A DNA stretch of 64,000 bases from Phoronis australis. Taxonomy: Eukaryota; Animalia; Phoronida. The stretch lies in contig NMRA01000218.1 of assembly GCA_002633005.1 (NCBI GenBank), forward strand, positions 1-64,000, read 5' to 3'. Shown here one piece after another: positions 33,901 to 48,900 of this stretch. The notes under the pieces were generated by a model. That model was not told the DNA's origin, ran no database searches, and saw only the letters and a program-made list of their open reading frames with translations. Both the position numbers and the translations under genes were made by a program. Position 1 is the first letter of the stretch, and each line of letters starts with the position of its first letter.

Positions 33901-36900
33901 GCCATTAGGTGGTGCAGAATATGTCAAATCCGTACAAAAATGGGAAGGTGTCGTCGTCACACTTATAGAAAGATAACTGCCAAATTTCATGAAAATTCAT
34001 CAGGGAACTTCAGAGATACAGAGGAAAACAAAAAATTAAATAGCCACAAGCCAGGAGGCTCAGTGACAGTCAAATCTGTCCCAAAATGTCGTCATATGTA
34101 GTCACGATCATAGGAATACCCTAACTAAATTTCAAAAGATCTTACAAGAAATTTAGGAGATAGAGCCAGATGCAAAAAAATGTCACACATCTGACCATCA
34201 GAAAATCAACATCAGTCGTGCTCTTGTCAGAAGGAATACATCTGCTAATTTTCATAACTAAAAAATAATTAAAAATGGCCACTAGGTGGTGCAGAATCCA
34301 TATGAAAATGGTAAGATGATGTTGTCACCTCAAGAGAAGCCTATCTGCCAAAATTTCAATAAAATACATTCAGGAACACCGAAGACACAGAGGCAAACAA
34401 ATTGCCACTAGGGGGCACAGGGGTAATCAGATCAGTCAAAAAGTCATCATCATCTTTTATGAGCTTCACAGGAACACATCTGCTAAATTTGGTGAAGATC
34501 TTACCAGGGATCCATTTCATGAAAAGTGACCTAAGACTTAAGTAAGAAATTAGAGGAGGCAGTGTGGCCTAGTGTGATAGGTGCCTTCTTTCTTTACTGA
34601 AAGTCGTGGGTTCAAGTCCCACTGGGTCACACTGCTAAACCCTTGAGTCCGGTTTCTAGCTCCTCAGCTCAGTTTTAACCGTGTATTAATAAAGCATAAA
34701 AATGGTTCCAGGTGATCAGTGCAACAGACCCACAAGTGCAGCCTGCGCACGTCTGGTATGTGTATCAGACCGCCTGCAATTACTTTTTTGATAAGTCAGA
34801 AATTTGGTCATACGCTCCACACAACATTTGAAAAATATTTAAATCTCTCTTTCACAAAAGTGCAAAGTCTTTGACAATATACGTACAACAGTCAGTTAAT
34901 GAGATAAATCCTATAAATTATTTCTAGAATCTGGAGTGCTCACAATAACTTGACTAAATCTTTATTCAGCAATTGTGAAGTGGAAGCATAATACTAAATT
35001 TCTAAATCTTAAGTCACTTTGATGAAACAAACCCCAGGGGAGATACAACAGCAAAGCTCGGACAGAGATGATGACAAAATGAATATAAAGGTGCACAAGA
35101 ATAAAAAATAAACACTTTCATACAGTCACTTTCTCCCGTATTAAATCTTACCAGCGTGTATTCTTCCAGAACTCGTGTGACTTCACTGATGTACTGACAC
35201 TTTCGCATGTCAAGCTCCTCCCACTGACCTTGAATGTTGCATGAGTAGGTAGCCTGAGCCTCAGCGTTTCCTGCAAACACAACACATTGTGACGGGCAAC
35301 ACACTAGAATGGGTTTATGCACGAGTCCACCATTTCCAGTTGGACAAGCAATGCGCAGGAGGAATTTTCAGAGTTTGGCGATATCAAACAAGGCTTCCCT
35401 ATGGTTTAGAGGACAATAGTGCCTTACAGGGTTCCCAGATTTTAAGAACCAGTTTGACGCCCATTATTTAATGGAGAAAACTATTTCTCAAAATGTGGTA
35501 CCCTCGTAATTGACCATTACCGTAACACAGTAAGCTCAATGTCTTGTTAGCATACACTTGAAAAATGACCACCACTGAAGTGAGTGCTTGACAAGACCGG
35601 AATGTCAAATAAGACGAAAAATGCAACTTCACTCAATGTATCTGTTCCATAATTAAACGTTTCTTGTAGCAAGTGACTTGTGAATTACTAGTCACATATG
35701 AAAAGTGTCCCAAATGCCATTTTTGTTGTCTAGCACAGAACTGTGCTCTGTCTACACCCTTGCACTCACCTAGGTAGGTAGAAGCAGCCCCAGCAGGACA
35801 CGGTATTGAGGCTTGTACACCAGAGATTGTCTTTGGCCAGTTGAACACGCCTTTGTTAGTGCGCGTAGTAAGGCTAGGACATTTCCTGGTATCGCGAGCG
35901 TAAACAATGATGTTTACCGTCCTGCAATAGATGGCCCATATATTGATGCAAAACAACAGGCTTCAGTGTGATTGAGATCTTGGAAAAGAAGAGCACGCAA
36001 AATTTGATTGCACACTCTTGGCTGTTCATTACATCTTCCAACTGAATTCCAGTACTAATTCAAGTTAAATAATGTTTGATGCACTGACAAGAAACAATAA
36101 TGCAAGGACAGCACCTCAATTCCTGAGTATACTCCGTAGTTCAACATAAAATGAGATCATTTCGGCCCTAGTATGATTACGAGCCTGAATATTCATGAAT
36201 TCGTTAAGCTTGACAAATACAAATAATGCGTATTTAAATCTAATTCATTACATTCATGACTTACTTAGATACATTGCCTCTTGACGTCTGTACCACACAT
36301 TTCCAAACTCCAGTATACGATGTCTCCAGACTCGCTATCAGCAACGAATGTACCATTATACCCTGATCACGTGACACCTCAGTATGGACCAGGATGCCTT
36401 TCGACTTGTTGGAAGTCACCAGGCGTTCATGTCGTATCCACAACATCTTGGTCTCAGGGTCAATGACTGAGGCCCGGCACTCAAATGGCATTTTGTCCCC
36501 TTGGAACACAACTTGACTTCTTTTGGGTTTGAGCTCAAACAGGGGGAGCTCAATTGGCCATTCTGTAGATAGTGGTAATAGTAGGGGGCATTTAATACAA
36601 AAGGAAAAATTTATTGTCCACACAGGATAAACTTACAGTGAAATGTCACCAATCACCAATTTCATACTATTTCTTCACTTTGAATCGGTGGTAAGATTGT
36701 TGCGAATCTCTGCAATTTTTCAAAATATTGCATACTCAAAGTTATGATTAACAACTTAAAATTGGAAAGCATGAAGATCGAGATTCATTGCTATACAAAA
36801 AAGAGAAAACAAAATTTCACGCATCTTCACGGGTCTGCCCTGATGTGTCCAAATTTTGTGACATGTTACTGTAACAGTATTCTCATCACATATTGAACAC

Positions 36901-39900
36901 CATGATCATAATTAAACTCAAACTACTTCTAAATTTTTCGCACAATGTTAAAGTCCTCATTTTGACAGCCAAATTCTTGCGCTATAAGACCATAATAGAA
37001 AACTTCAGATACCTTTTTGTATGTAGCCAATGGAAAGAATGAACAGAATTTGCAACTTTCTATGAAAGTTACAGCAAATACAGTAAAATAACACATTATT
37101 TAGCATATAAAAATGGTCATATCATTACAAACACCCAAGGAGATTTTTGCATAATGTATGTTTCTTTGCTCACCAAGGGTTAAAACTATTTCAAACAAAT
37201 GGGACGCTAGTCTCAGTAATGACAGCTGTCAATTACCTTAACTTAAAGCTTCACACAGCTATTTGCAATTTGTCAACATTTGAAGCAAATGTTATGAGAA
37301 TGCATCTGGCAGTTGAAGAATGACTGAGAGAACTCACAGAAATTTACAACAGTCTAGAGGATATTAATCAATGTTCAAATGTATGTAATTCTGAATAGTT
37401 TGTGACAGAACTGGGGCCCGTTTCATATAAAAGTGGTTTAAGGCTTAAGATCAAAAATTTGTCTATTAAAGTTAAGACCCTTATTCAGCCTAAGTTAATA
37501 CCAAGACGAAAACTCCGGAAAGAATTTCTGTCCTTGGTCTAAACTTAAGATAGAAATTACGGCAGTTTTCCCCATAGTTGACAATACTAACAACACATTC
37601 ATAACTAGTTGAGAATTCACAAAACAAAGTGAGGTAATATGCGAAATTCTGTTTCAAGAATATTTGTGGTTTTTAAACTCTATACTCAGATTTATTTAAG
37701 TGATATGTTTTGTCATTTAGACCAAAAAACTGATCTTAACCATTTTTTCTGAAAACCAACATATTGACTTCTGTGAAAGTCAATAATTGCATAATACCAT
37801 TACAACAATACAAATGTATTGTTTAACAGTAATGAAACCAAGCATCGCTATACTATACCACAATGTAATTGCCGACGTTTTAGTCGCTTCAACAGTTTTC
37901 CACGTAATATATGCGGTACAGAGCACGTGGTTGAATCCGATATCCTCACACTGTTTAACTTTGACCAGCGTACAATCCACTTAAGGTGGCAGTCACAGAC
38001 TAGGTATTGTGACTGGAGGTTTCTGTAAGACAAAGGTCAAGGGATTATCATACCAATCACTATTATTGTGACTACAAGTCACAGACAGTGTAGAAGTCAG
38101 GACAAAATTAGGCAAACTACAGTCCAGGTACTTTGATTAGAGAACACGAGTTTCCAAAACTACCAATCTATACTTGTCGAGATTTGACTAGAAAAATTGA
38201 AGAATCTCATCATGTCGCACCGTTGATCAATTTTGAGCCAACGCTCAAGTAAAGTTAGCTGGACAGGACCAAGGTAACTGGACACTGGCGGGAGCCCATC
38301 CACAATATTTGAAGGTAGGCAGTTCCTGCTACACTAAAAATGGCATGTTGGGTGGTGGTTCCTGTCAATATAAGTCTACCTAAACAACAAAGTACCACCA
38401 TAGGCAGTCATTCACCTCTGAGAATACAAAGGAGCCTTTGCAACATAAACTAAAATAAGCAATGAAATATTATTCAAATGTCACTTACAATTTTTTCAAG
38501 TTAGTGAGTCCTTTGAATGTCCCCTCTGGTACTGTTTTCAGTTCATTACCAGCCAGATCCCTGCCAAAAAAGATGGCCATAGTTAAATAACAGGCGCTGT
38601 ATATAAACGGAGGTAGCAGTGCTCAACTCGAAGGCAGGTAATGGTCAATCAAGATGACCAGAACACTTTTAACAACAGGCATGTATTAATTGGGATTATC
38701 ACAATCATGCAGACATTCATGTCTACATTTGACTTGTAAAACTAATTAACAATAGTTAAACACAACAAGAGAGAGAACAATACTTCTAGGGAAAACAGAA
38801 TTTCCTTGATCTTCAGAATGGATGGATGGGCAATCTTAGCCAAGGTAGATGCTCTTAATCATCACCAAAGAAAAGTAGAACCTCCTTTGTGGCAGGGGTG
38901 TTCTAGTTTTCTCAAGAGATAACAGAGGATGCTGCACAGTAATGAATCACAAAACAGTTTAGCCAATTTGAGAAACATTGAGATTCACTGCAAACTTCCA
39001 ACAGTTATAATGTCTCATAATCTATGAAATGCTAGAATACAATACCCTAATAGAACAAAAATTGATAATGGTCCTGACTAATCTTTCAAATAATAGTTCT
39101 ACGCAATACTGTAATTGAGTTTCAAAAGAGCATGGAATAGAGATTCATCAATGCCACACTAAGATGCACGTCATGTAAATATAGTCGAGCAGAAATGATG
39201 GCATAGAATGAATTCATTGAAAGATTCAAATCCAGAAATGATAGTAATGAGTTGCCATGAGAACTAAAAAATCAAATGCAGGGTGCAACGCAATCGCTAC
39301 ACATAACACTCAGAAAATAAACATAATCGAAAGATAAGGTCTGGCTACACATAGATTATCTTCACATTGAAACACCCTCAAGATACAGCTAGACTTACGA
39401 AGAAGACAACACCGTTACTTCACCATCCATATTACTTACAAAGATTGAAGTGATTCTACGCCCAGAAAATCTCTGGACGTTATCGAATGTATCTGATTTC
39501 CTGGTAGCAAACTGATAGAAAAATCGCCATTACATATTGACAACAAAGACATTCTAATTAGAATGGCATAAACATTAACCGGGCAGACAAAGTGTGCCCC
39601 CTTCTGTCTAAATAATAGTGAGAAGGAACTCTCATTTTCCTTATTCATAATAAAACAATCACTGAACTTGGAGAAAGGTATATTAACATACATTTCTAGC
39701 ACCAATCAATCTATAATAATACATGAATTACACTGATATTGACATATGATAACAAAGAACAACTTGTTAACCTTTACAAATGTTTTCTCAGCCTTTTAAC
39801 TTTGTGACAACTTGATATGCGCTTATGTTTGACAGGCCTTGTTACAAAAAAAATGATTTGAGTCGAAAATCAGTTCTTCTGACAGTTCAATACAAATGTT

Positions 39901-42900
39901 CAGGAATTTTTTTTCAAACAGCAGGGTAGCATCGTAATAATTTGATGCAGCATACATTTGACAAACTGCAATCCCGCATTTGTCACATGACATTGCACTA
40001 TGCTTAAAATTTTGCAAAATGACACTATTAATAAGTCAATGTTGGCTGACGTTTCTCAGGTTGTGTAATCTAAGTGTTTTTTAACTAAATGGTTTACCCC
40101 GCTCTAAGTCCAAGAGAGGAAGAATAATCTAACATCTGTTGTAAGAATTTCTTCATACTGAACTGTACTGATTTCTTGAAAATTATTTGAAATGTCTGCA
40201 ATTTTGAATCAAACAAAAATGGCTGAACAACATCCAAAACCTCCAAGGTACTTCCATTCCAGATAATGTAGTACATTCTCAATATAGTGTCACTTTTTAG
40301 CAGAAGAATGCAAATCAATTTTGGGTCAACTCATCTCATCCCAAGAGGCAGTTAATACAGATTGCAAAAAAAAGCTTATTGTGTCATCAAAATTTCTTGT
40401 AGGGACTTAGTTTGTTGAATAATAATTGGAGTGGGGCAAATTTTTCACTAAAAACAAACTACAGGGTAAAAATTTCAAACCAATAGTTCAATGGCATTAT
40501 ATCCCCACAGGACTTGCTTTTGTATTTTCTGATCTAGACAGCAAATCTGGTGTACTTACAGTTTCTGTAACTTGGTCAGTCCAACAAACATGGTGCTGTT
40601 GATGTTGCCGATCTTGTTGTTGGACAAATCACTGAAAGCAGGAAGACAAAACGCTTGAAAAGTTGTGCTGAGAACATGCTACAACTTCCACATACGGTTG
40701 ACCATTACTGATTTTCCAACAGAGCACCAAAAGTGGAACAAAATCGCCATCTTAAGGCAAATGCTTGCATAACATGTGTACACTGAAAACCTAAGGCTAA
40801 TTCCCGCTGTATAGTTAATGGCTAGCATCATGAGGTCAAGGGAAGCACGATAATAAGCCATTGTTTCTTATCGTCAATCAAACTACAGTGTAGTTCTCTT
40901 TAACTCCACTGTAATCCTCTAACATGGGACTGGTCTCATAAGTTATCTCCATTGATTGATGTTTGTAATAAAAGCGCAGATACAATAATATTCCTCTAAT
41001 GTTAATTTTGATGTTTGTGCCGACATTATTAATGGGCAGGAGTAGCTGTAAAAAAGTTTCAATCTCAATAAATTCTTAACCAAACTTCGAATTTGGATAA
41101 TGTATTACGGCAATGGCCGCTTGTGGCCATGGTGACATAAACTAGCCAGTTGCATCAGCCAGACTTCTATCCAATTTGTGAGTAGATAATATAACAACTA
41201 TCTGGTAAATAAAGCAGAACATTTTGACCAGCACCTGATCCATCCAGAATACACAACACAGATATGACATAATTTCCAAGAAAGGTAAGCCTGGAAACAG
41301 CACTAAGGTTCAGTTGGTGCATTTAAAACTAAATAAACAACTCCTTTAATGTCAAGAGAATGTTCATGATGTTCAGTGACATAAACAATCTCCTTCTTCA
41401 CAAGGTACAGGCTCCCTATTAAGTTCCAGTGCTTAAACATAATTCGGCTGGCCGTAATAGCCACTTACAGGTGTCACGCGTTTTGGGAACCAGTTTTTTT
41501 CCACTGAATAGCAGGCATCAAACTGTTTCGCAAAAGTGGGACACATGCAAGTGGCTTATTGCTGCCGACTCAACTATATAAACGAGTGCTAGCCTCCACA
41601 ACCGTAAAGTAATCAGGAATGAACAACCATCCTTTCCAGGAGAGTAGAAACACTATCGGTACAGAAATCTGGGGCCTGTTTCATGAAATGTGACTTATGA
41701 CTAAGTCCCAAGTTTGGTCTTACGCTCCACACAACTATTTCTAAAAAATAATCAAATCTGCCTTAGCATAAATCTGAGAATAAGCCCATTATTTATAGTT
41801 ACTGAGAAAATTTGTATAAATTACTTCTAGGTTGTGATATGCTAATTACATGGCTAAACCTTTATTTAGTGATCGTCAATTGGGAGAGTAAGACCAAATT
41901 TCTGTATCGAGTCATTTTTCATGAAACATACCCCAGGTTTAGAAAGCCCAATGGACTTCAATGTTTACATAGCATTTCCTTTTATGGACTTATGGCGGCA
42001 GCACCAACAAACAGAGGTTGTTATTCTATCTAAATGTGAGAAAATTAGACAAATACTCACAGCTTGACCAGGTTGGTGAGACCCAGGAAGGCTCCCTCTT
42101 CAACCACAGTAATGTGGTTATGACTGAGGTTACTGAAAGAGAACACAAAGATAGAACAAAAATACAGCAACCAAAAATAAGTTACTCCTAGAACGAGTTG
42201 TCGCTAGGTTTGGGCTGCTTGGACGCTATTTAAACTAGTGCAACATTTCCCACTTGCGACAACTTACTTCACCTTATCAAGGTGGGGTAACATGTTCTGA
42301 GGTAACTTGCGCTACTTCTAATCGCTGTGTGGCTACAAACCTAGCGCACAGGGGAAGTAACTATCAGTTATGCACTTGCACATTTGCACACGCATGGGTC
42401 TACTTCTTCTCATGTATTCACATCAGCTGTTCATTGTCATGCGTAGAGCGGGGGGGGGGGGCAAGTTGCAATGGTGCAAGTTGTTCTAGGGTAAGTTTCT
42501 GTGTGGACGGGACTATAAGTGTCATTCACACTATGAGTTATTTCAGAACAATGTACTCCTGCAATGAGTTGTCACCAAGCTTGTAGCAGTAGTGTGGTAA
42601 CTACTAGCAGTAGGATAACTTGACACGTGTATGGCAACTCAACCCACCTACATTATTTCAAGCTAAAGTCGTCCACGTGGTCATACACATAAATCACAGT
42701 GTACATAGTAGTTCATAAGTCGTACATAAATGCATATATGAAAAATCAAAGTTTGTAGACAGAGCTTAGGAACAAGATGACATCAGTTTTATTATGGTGA
42801 CTTCAGGTTAAGTAGGACCCTAGAAAATTTAGCAAACTGAGGAACATCGTATCTCAGAAATGGACAATTGGATTCACATGAAACCTTCAGATACCACACT

Positions 42901-45900
42901 TGATACACTCTTCTCCATAACGGTGTTAGCAATTGTTTTAAAAATGTTCCACTTAAGCGTGAGAGGTTATTGATTTTCGTGGAAGAATTCTAAATAGAAT
43001 ATGAAAACCAAATGATAACTTAGAAAACTGTTACAGCCTTCTTGAGGTTTTATCTTGGACACTTATATCGTATAAAATTTGGTCATATTATTTATTATCC
43101 TGTTGCTTTGTTATGAATGTACCTTTCTTTTTTCCTCAATTTTCTACAAACGAAGGTTGCCTGACCATAATAGCGGCAGATTGCTATAAAGTCCAAAACA
43201 AAATTCTATGGAATTTCTACTCTCAGAAAATATATACTTTTTCTAGGTTAAATTCATTTTGTGGATATTTAGCTTCATATAGGCTTGTCAATAAGGTCCT
43301 ACATGACCTTAGTTATCCTACAGAAGATGTAGAATTATTGTAACTTAAAATATCTGATAAAACAAATCACACTATAATGTTTCAATGTAAACATCCTCAG
43401 TGCAGATTTGTGAAAACAAGGATTGCAACTACTAAATTGATAGGCTAATCAATAGCTTCCAGCAATATACTGACCCCTAACACAACTACAGACCAGTACA
43501 AAGTCAGCTAAGATTCAACAAGGACACCATCACTTTCAAAGTACCCTGTTACCAAGCATCAATAACTACAAGGACGAAAATTGAAAGAAATTTAGGTCTC
43601 CACATTAATGGCAAGATGTTTGCAAAATCTTGTTGCATTTTGTTGCTGCTCGACATTCCCCGAATAAAGTGAGTGTGACAAGACGCTTTGTTTGTAATGC
43701 ATGGTGATACCTCGCAAAGATTTGAGTGGCCTCACTTTTCTCACAAGAAACTTGATCTACGCTACACAGCTCTGTCCAGTAGTTTTGAAGGCTTGGCAGG
43801 ATGCAACACTGTTCTCGACTAAAAATAATACTATTAGAAAGCACAATTAAAAAGGAAATAAGCCAAAAATCAACACTGACAATGTTTCCACACCCCGGAG
43901 TTGCTAGAAAAAGTCCAGTGACATAAGATCCCTGTTTTCATGCTAGGTGAAAACAACAAAATGACCTCATGGGGGCTTAGGAAACTGTCATCACATTGTC
44001 TGATAATCAGGAATAGTGACAAGGTACAAGTCACTCAATCAAACACAAAAGCCTGCCACCTAATGGAATGCTCAAATACAGTACAGTACTCTTGTGGGTT
44101 ACTGTAAAATTTCACAAATACGGCGAACAAGAGAATTCTTTTTTATTTCATTATTTTTTCACAGTACCAAATAAATGCTTCGCCATTCTTAATTTCTATA
44201 TCATAGCTGTCAACAGACAGTGTTTTATGAGATTGTGGGCAAGCTCAATGATGTAAGAAGCTTTTGAAATGTGAGAACGAGTCAGTTTTGAAAATTATTT
44301 GTGTCCGAAATTTGTGAGATTTTGCCACAATGCCAGTGTTCGACATTTCATCACTCAGTTACCTGCCCTACTTGATTCAGTTTCTCAATGCAAGCCATTG
44401 GCAAATTCAGCGGGGAGGGTGACGGGTGGGGAGGGGGGTCAGTTGCTAGTAGGTGTGAGTAGGGGGAGGGGGAAAAAATTGTTGTGGTGACCAGGAGGGA
44501 AGTAAACCTTTCTACGTCTATGTTTGGGCAAATTAATATCATATGACCCAGATAGCCAATGTCAACGCCCCGGTCATTAAACCACACACACAACTTTTGT
44601 AGTGCACCAAATTTACAAATATTCATGAATTTCACCAGGCTCACTCATTAAGTACTACATAATAATGTATGCGACATAAACCCAAGGGCCACTTGAAAAG
44701 GTCAACTATAATCAGCTGCCAATCAAGAACAATACAATCATCAAGCTAGAAACTTCATTAACGTATAGACCAACACACTGGAACTGAAGGTTCTTTATAC
44801 ACAAATTAACCACTGCTTCGATTTGTTTCTGGTATGGCGAAGGTTGCAACACCTCAACCAATCAAAACCGTATTGGCGTAAGGGAATTCTTAATTAACAG
44901 TGAACAAAGGTGTGAACGCACCTGTGAAATTGGTGATCGCCTGGGAAATTGATAAATTAATCTCATTGACATTGTTAATAGATATAGGAGGGGATGTGAT
45001 GCAATGTGATTGATCATGACAAGCAGTCAATACAATGATGTGTGGCTGGTATTGATCACTTGCATTCCTGACGATACAAATCGATAGTTAAATCTTGCNA
45101 AAAAAAAAAAAAAAAAAAAAAAAAAAAACAAACTTAGTGGAAGAGCAACATACTTGGCGAAATTTATTTCGCCAAGTAAAAATGTTGGGTCATATTACTG
45201 CTCAATTACCACTGGCAGTATGGACTGGAATACATATCAAATTTCTGATGACAAGTCTGACTATATGAATAAGGATGATTAGCAAGTACGTGTATTAGTC
45301 AAATATCTACAAAAGTATAAAGGCCTTTTCATACTGACTTAACTCCTGTCTCAGTGGACGGTCTCAGCAGAGCGTGGACATAAACTTGCAAAGTTACCTA
45401 AACTATTCATACCGGCTTCGGTAGTTAACGAACATCGAAGTATACTGTAGGTGACGCTGTTGTCATTTTCATACTGACTTAACTCTGGTCTCAGGGGAGC
45501 ATCGACAAAAACTGCAAAGTTAAATAATCGTTCATACCGGCTTCGATACTTAACGGACATCGAAGTAAACCGTAGGTGACGCTGTTGTCATTTTCATACT
45601 GACTTAACTCTGATCTCAGCGAGCGTCGACGTAAACTGCAAAGTTAACTAAACCGTTCATACTGTCTTCGGTAGTTAACGGACGTTAAAGTAAACGGTAG
45701 GTGACACTGTTGTCATCAAAGTAATCGCAAGGTAGCGCTGCACGCTAACATTTTTAATGTGACAAATTGGGAACTCTTGCATGTGCTAATTGACACAAAA
45801 CTCTTTTTTAATTCGACTGGTGATATAAGCAACTATTAGCGACAACACTACCCTTTAATTGTTGACCATAACAGTGGCACCTGGTGATAACTTCAATGGG

Positions 45901-48900
45901 ACCGAAGTTGACTGTTCATACTGCACCGCAGCATCGACACTCCGCTGTTAAATGAATCCACCTGTTTACTGCAAAGTTAACTGGCGCTGTTAACTTCGAC
46001 CCAGGACTGAAGTTAACTGTTCATACTGACTGCCACTCCACAAAACATTGAGGCATTGACGTTAGTATGAAAGGCCCATAAACCTTACCACAGTAAGACC
46101 AAGCAATTTTTGTAGCTAAAATTTCTGAGACTGACAGTTATTAACGCATGAATTCATTCAAAGGGAAGTTTCAGTTATATAATTTGGGTGGGGACATTAA
46201 ACAGAGCACGGACATCCAAAAATGAAATAAAACAGAAATTTCTGGGGTTGGGCATTCAGTCTAACACAATATCTTGGATAAGTGAAATTTTGCTTTCGCA
46301 TTTCTTCCTAGAAAGATAGGTTATACTGAAGTAATGTTGTTGCATGTTCATACCTGTTCTATGTTGAATTCAATATTTTTAGGCATCTGGCCAAATGCAC
46401 AGACCTGTTAAGAATGTCTCAAATGACCATAACTATAACAGAGGAAAGCACAATGCTTGAACAGAGTTGCTATTAAATATTCAGTCAGGTGTCTGTCAGA
46501 CGTATTATCTTTTTGTGATATAATCTCTTAAACTCAGGCTATCATTAGCACTTCAAAGGTGTAGATAACACCACTCAATTCAAAAGATAGATAGATAAAA
46601 TCCACCAGTAATAAACAACAAGGTATCAAATGAATTTGGATCAAGGCCAACCCTGTTATTACACTGACAAAAAGAACATACATAGGTTTAAAAGAGAGAA
46701 GTTTCATCATGGCAGGTTACAAAAAACTTATCCACAAGATCAGTTTGATAGTTACAGAACATCAAATATATAGATGGCGTGACTCCATTGTGGTTGGATC
46801 TTCAGCAATATAACTTTTATAAACCTAACCCCAAATAGTACTGAATAAAAGCAAATCACAGATAACATGTGATGATCCCACAAAATATTAAAAACTATAA
46901 ATGAACCATGCTTCAAATCACAGAAATGCTTTCCAGAGGAATAATGTAGTTCTCTCAAACCACCATTTTGATTGCTACTTTAATTGTCATTTCGTTAACC
47001 GCTAAAAATAGTGGAATTTACAAAGCAAATGCGGAGTAAAATGTGACCATTGTAATAAATCATTGGGGCAACCAGAAGATACCAGAGGTGGCTCACCAAA
47101 CCCATGGCACTTCAGGGCGTAGCTTCCCACCAATTGCCTTCTGGAGCACAAAACAAGTATGTGGCCAGAGGGAGATTGTAATCGCCAGACAAAAAAGACC
47201 AACAAAACCCCTTATGTACTGGCTAAGACAGGGCACCTTGTAAAATACCAGAGAAATAGTGGAGAAAATCGTCGTGTAAATAGTCACAAATCACCATTTA
47301 CAAGTAAGAGTAAAAATAGGGAAGAAATAGCGGACAATTTTCATGTAAATGATGCTTGTAACACCTCCCAGGTCCTCAACTTTGACTCCATGGGCTTCAC
47401 TAGACAGCCCCCTGAAGTTCTACCCTCAGCCAGCAGTGGTGATCTCCATGGGCTTCACTAGACAGCCCCCTGAAGTGCTGCCCTCAGTCAGCAGTGGTGA
47501 TCTCCATGGGCTTCACTAGACAGCCCCCTGAAGTGCTGCCCTCAGCCAGCAGTGGTGATCTCCATGGGCTTCACTAGACAGCCCCCTGAAGTGCTGCCCT
47601 CAGCCAGCAGTGGTGATCTCCATGGGCTTCACTAGACAGCCCCCTGAAGTGCTGCCCTCAGCCAGCAGTGGTGATCTCCATGGGCTTCACTAGACAGCCC
47701 CCTGAAGTGCTGCCCTCAGCCAGCAGTGGTGATCTCNTGTGACCATTGTAATAAATCATTGGGGCAACTAGAAGATACCAGAGGTGGCTCACCAAACCCA
47801 TGGCACTTCAGGGCGTAGCTTCCCACCAATTGCCTTCTGGAGCAGAAAACAAGTATGTGGCCAGAGGGAGATTGTAATCGCCAGACAAAAAAGACCAACA
47901 AAACCCCTTATGTACTCGCTAAGACAGGGCACCTTGTAAAATACCAGAGAAATAGTGGAGAAAATCGTCGTGTAAATAGTCACAAATCACCATTTACAAG
48001 TAAGAGTAAAAATAGGGAAGAACTAACAGGACAATTTTCGTGTAAATGCTGCTTGTAACACCTCCCAGGTCCTCAACTTTGACTCCATGGGCATCACTAG
48101 ACAACCCCCTGAAGTGCTGCCCTCAGCCAGCAGTGGTGATTTATTAGCAAGCCTGTCATTGAGATTTCCTCCTCATTCATCACTTTAATTTCTTCACAGT
48201 TCTGTCATTATAATAAAGCACAGCTTGGAGGCAACACAACAGCTATAATGACACAACAGGCTCATAGCTTGCATGCTTTTATAAAATTGTACTGGATTAC
48301 TAACTTAGTTAATTCTGTGGTTAATAAACCCTAAATTTCCACAAGAGAAAAGTGCATCACAAAAGTCACCAAGAACAAACAAAGAGTTATCTACGTTATC
48401 CATATTAATGTTGGTAATAAATTAAACTGGTGAGAGACGATATGATACACAAGTAATAAAGGATTCTTTGTTACATTCATAAATCATTTAGGGCTATATT
48501 TTTACAGAAAAACCTAATCACTTTGGGACACAACATAACGAACAATTGAAATTTTGTTTTCACTTTACTTTTTTTTCATAAAGAATATGAAGCATTAAGA
48601 TAGTAATTATTTATTGTTTAAAAGTTAGGTCTAGTAGCTATCACAAGACAATGCTTTGAAAAAACGCAAGCATTCGTAACAATGTTAGTCACCTATGAAA
48701 AATGACAAAGGGCAATCTTTTGACTTTGACAATTATTTTTGTGAAATATTGATGAGGTTTTACTATATTTGGGAATTTGTCTGAAGCTCTGTCACCATAT
48801 GAAAAGCAGAAGTCTGGTTCAGACATTGGCAACCATGTGTATTTTAAAACCAGGCAAGCACAGCAGTTTCTTTGGAGGTGACAGTGATGGTGTGAAGACT

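Noticed and set aside
47386-47736. CRISPR-like array
   Set aside because: Contiguous, near-identical 58-bp units with no unique spacers, eukaryotic intron context and no cas genes
47002-48058. Duplicated short ORFs as a small gene family
   Set aside because: They only reflect the duplicated block; no coding signature
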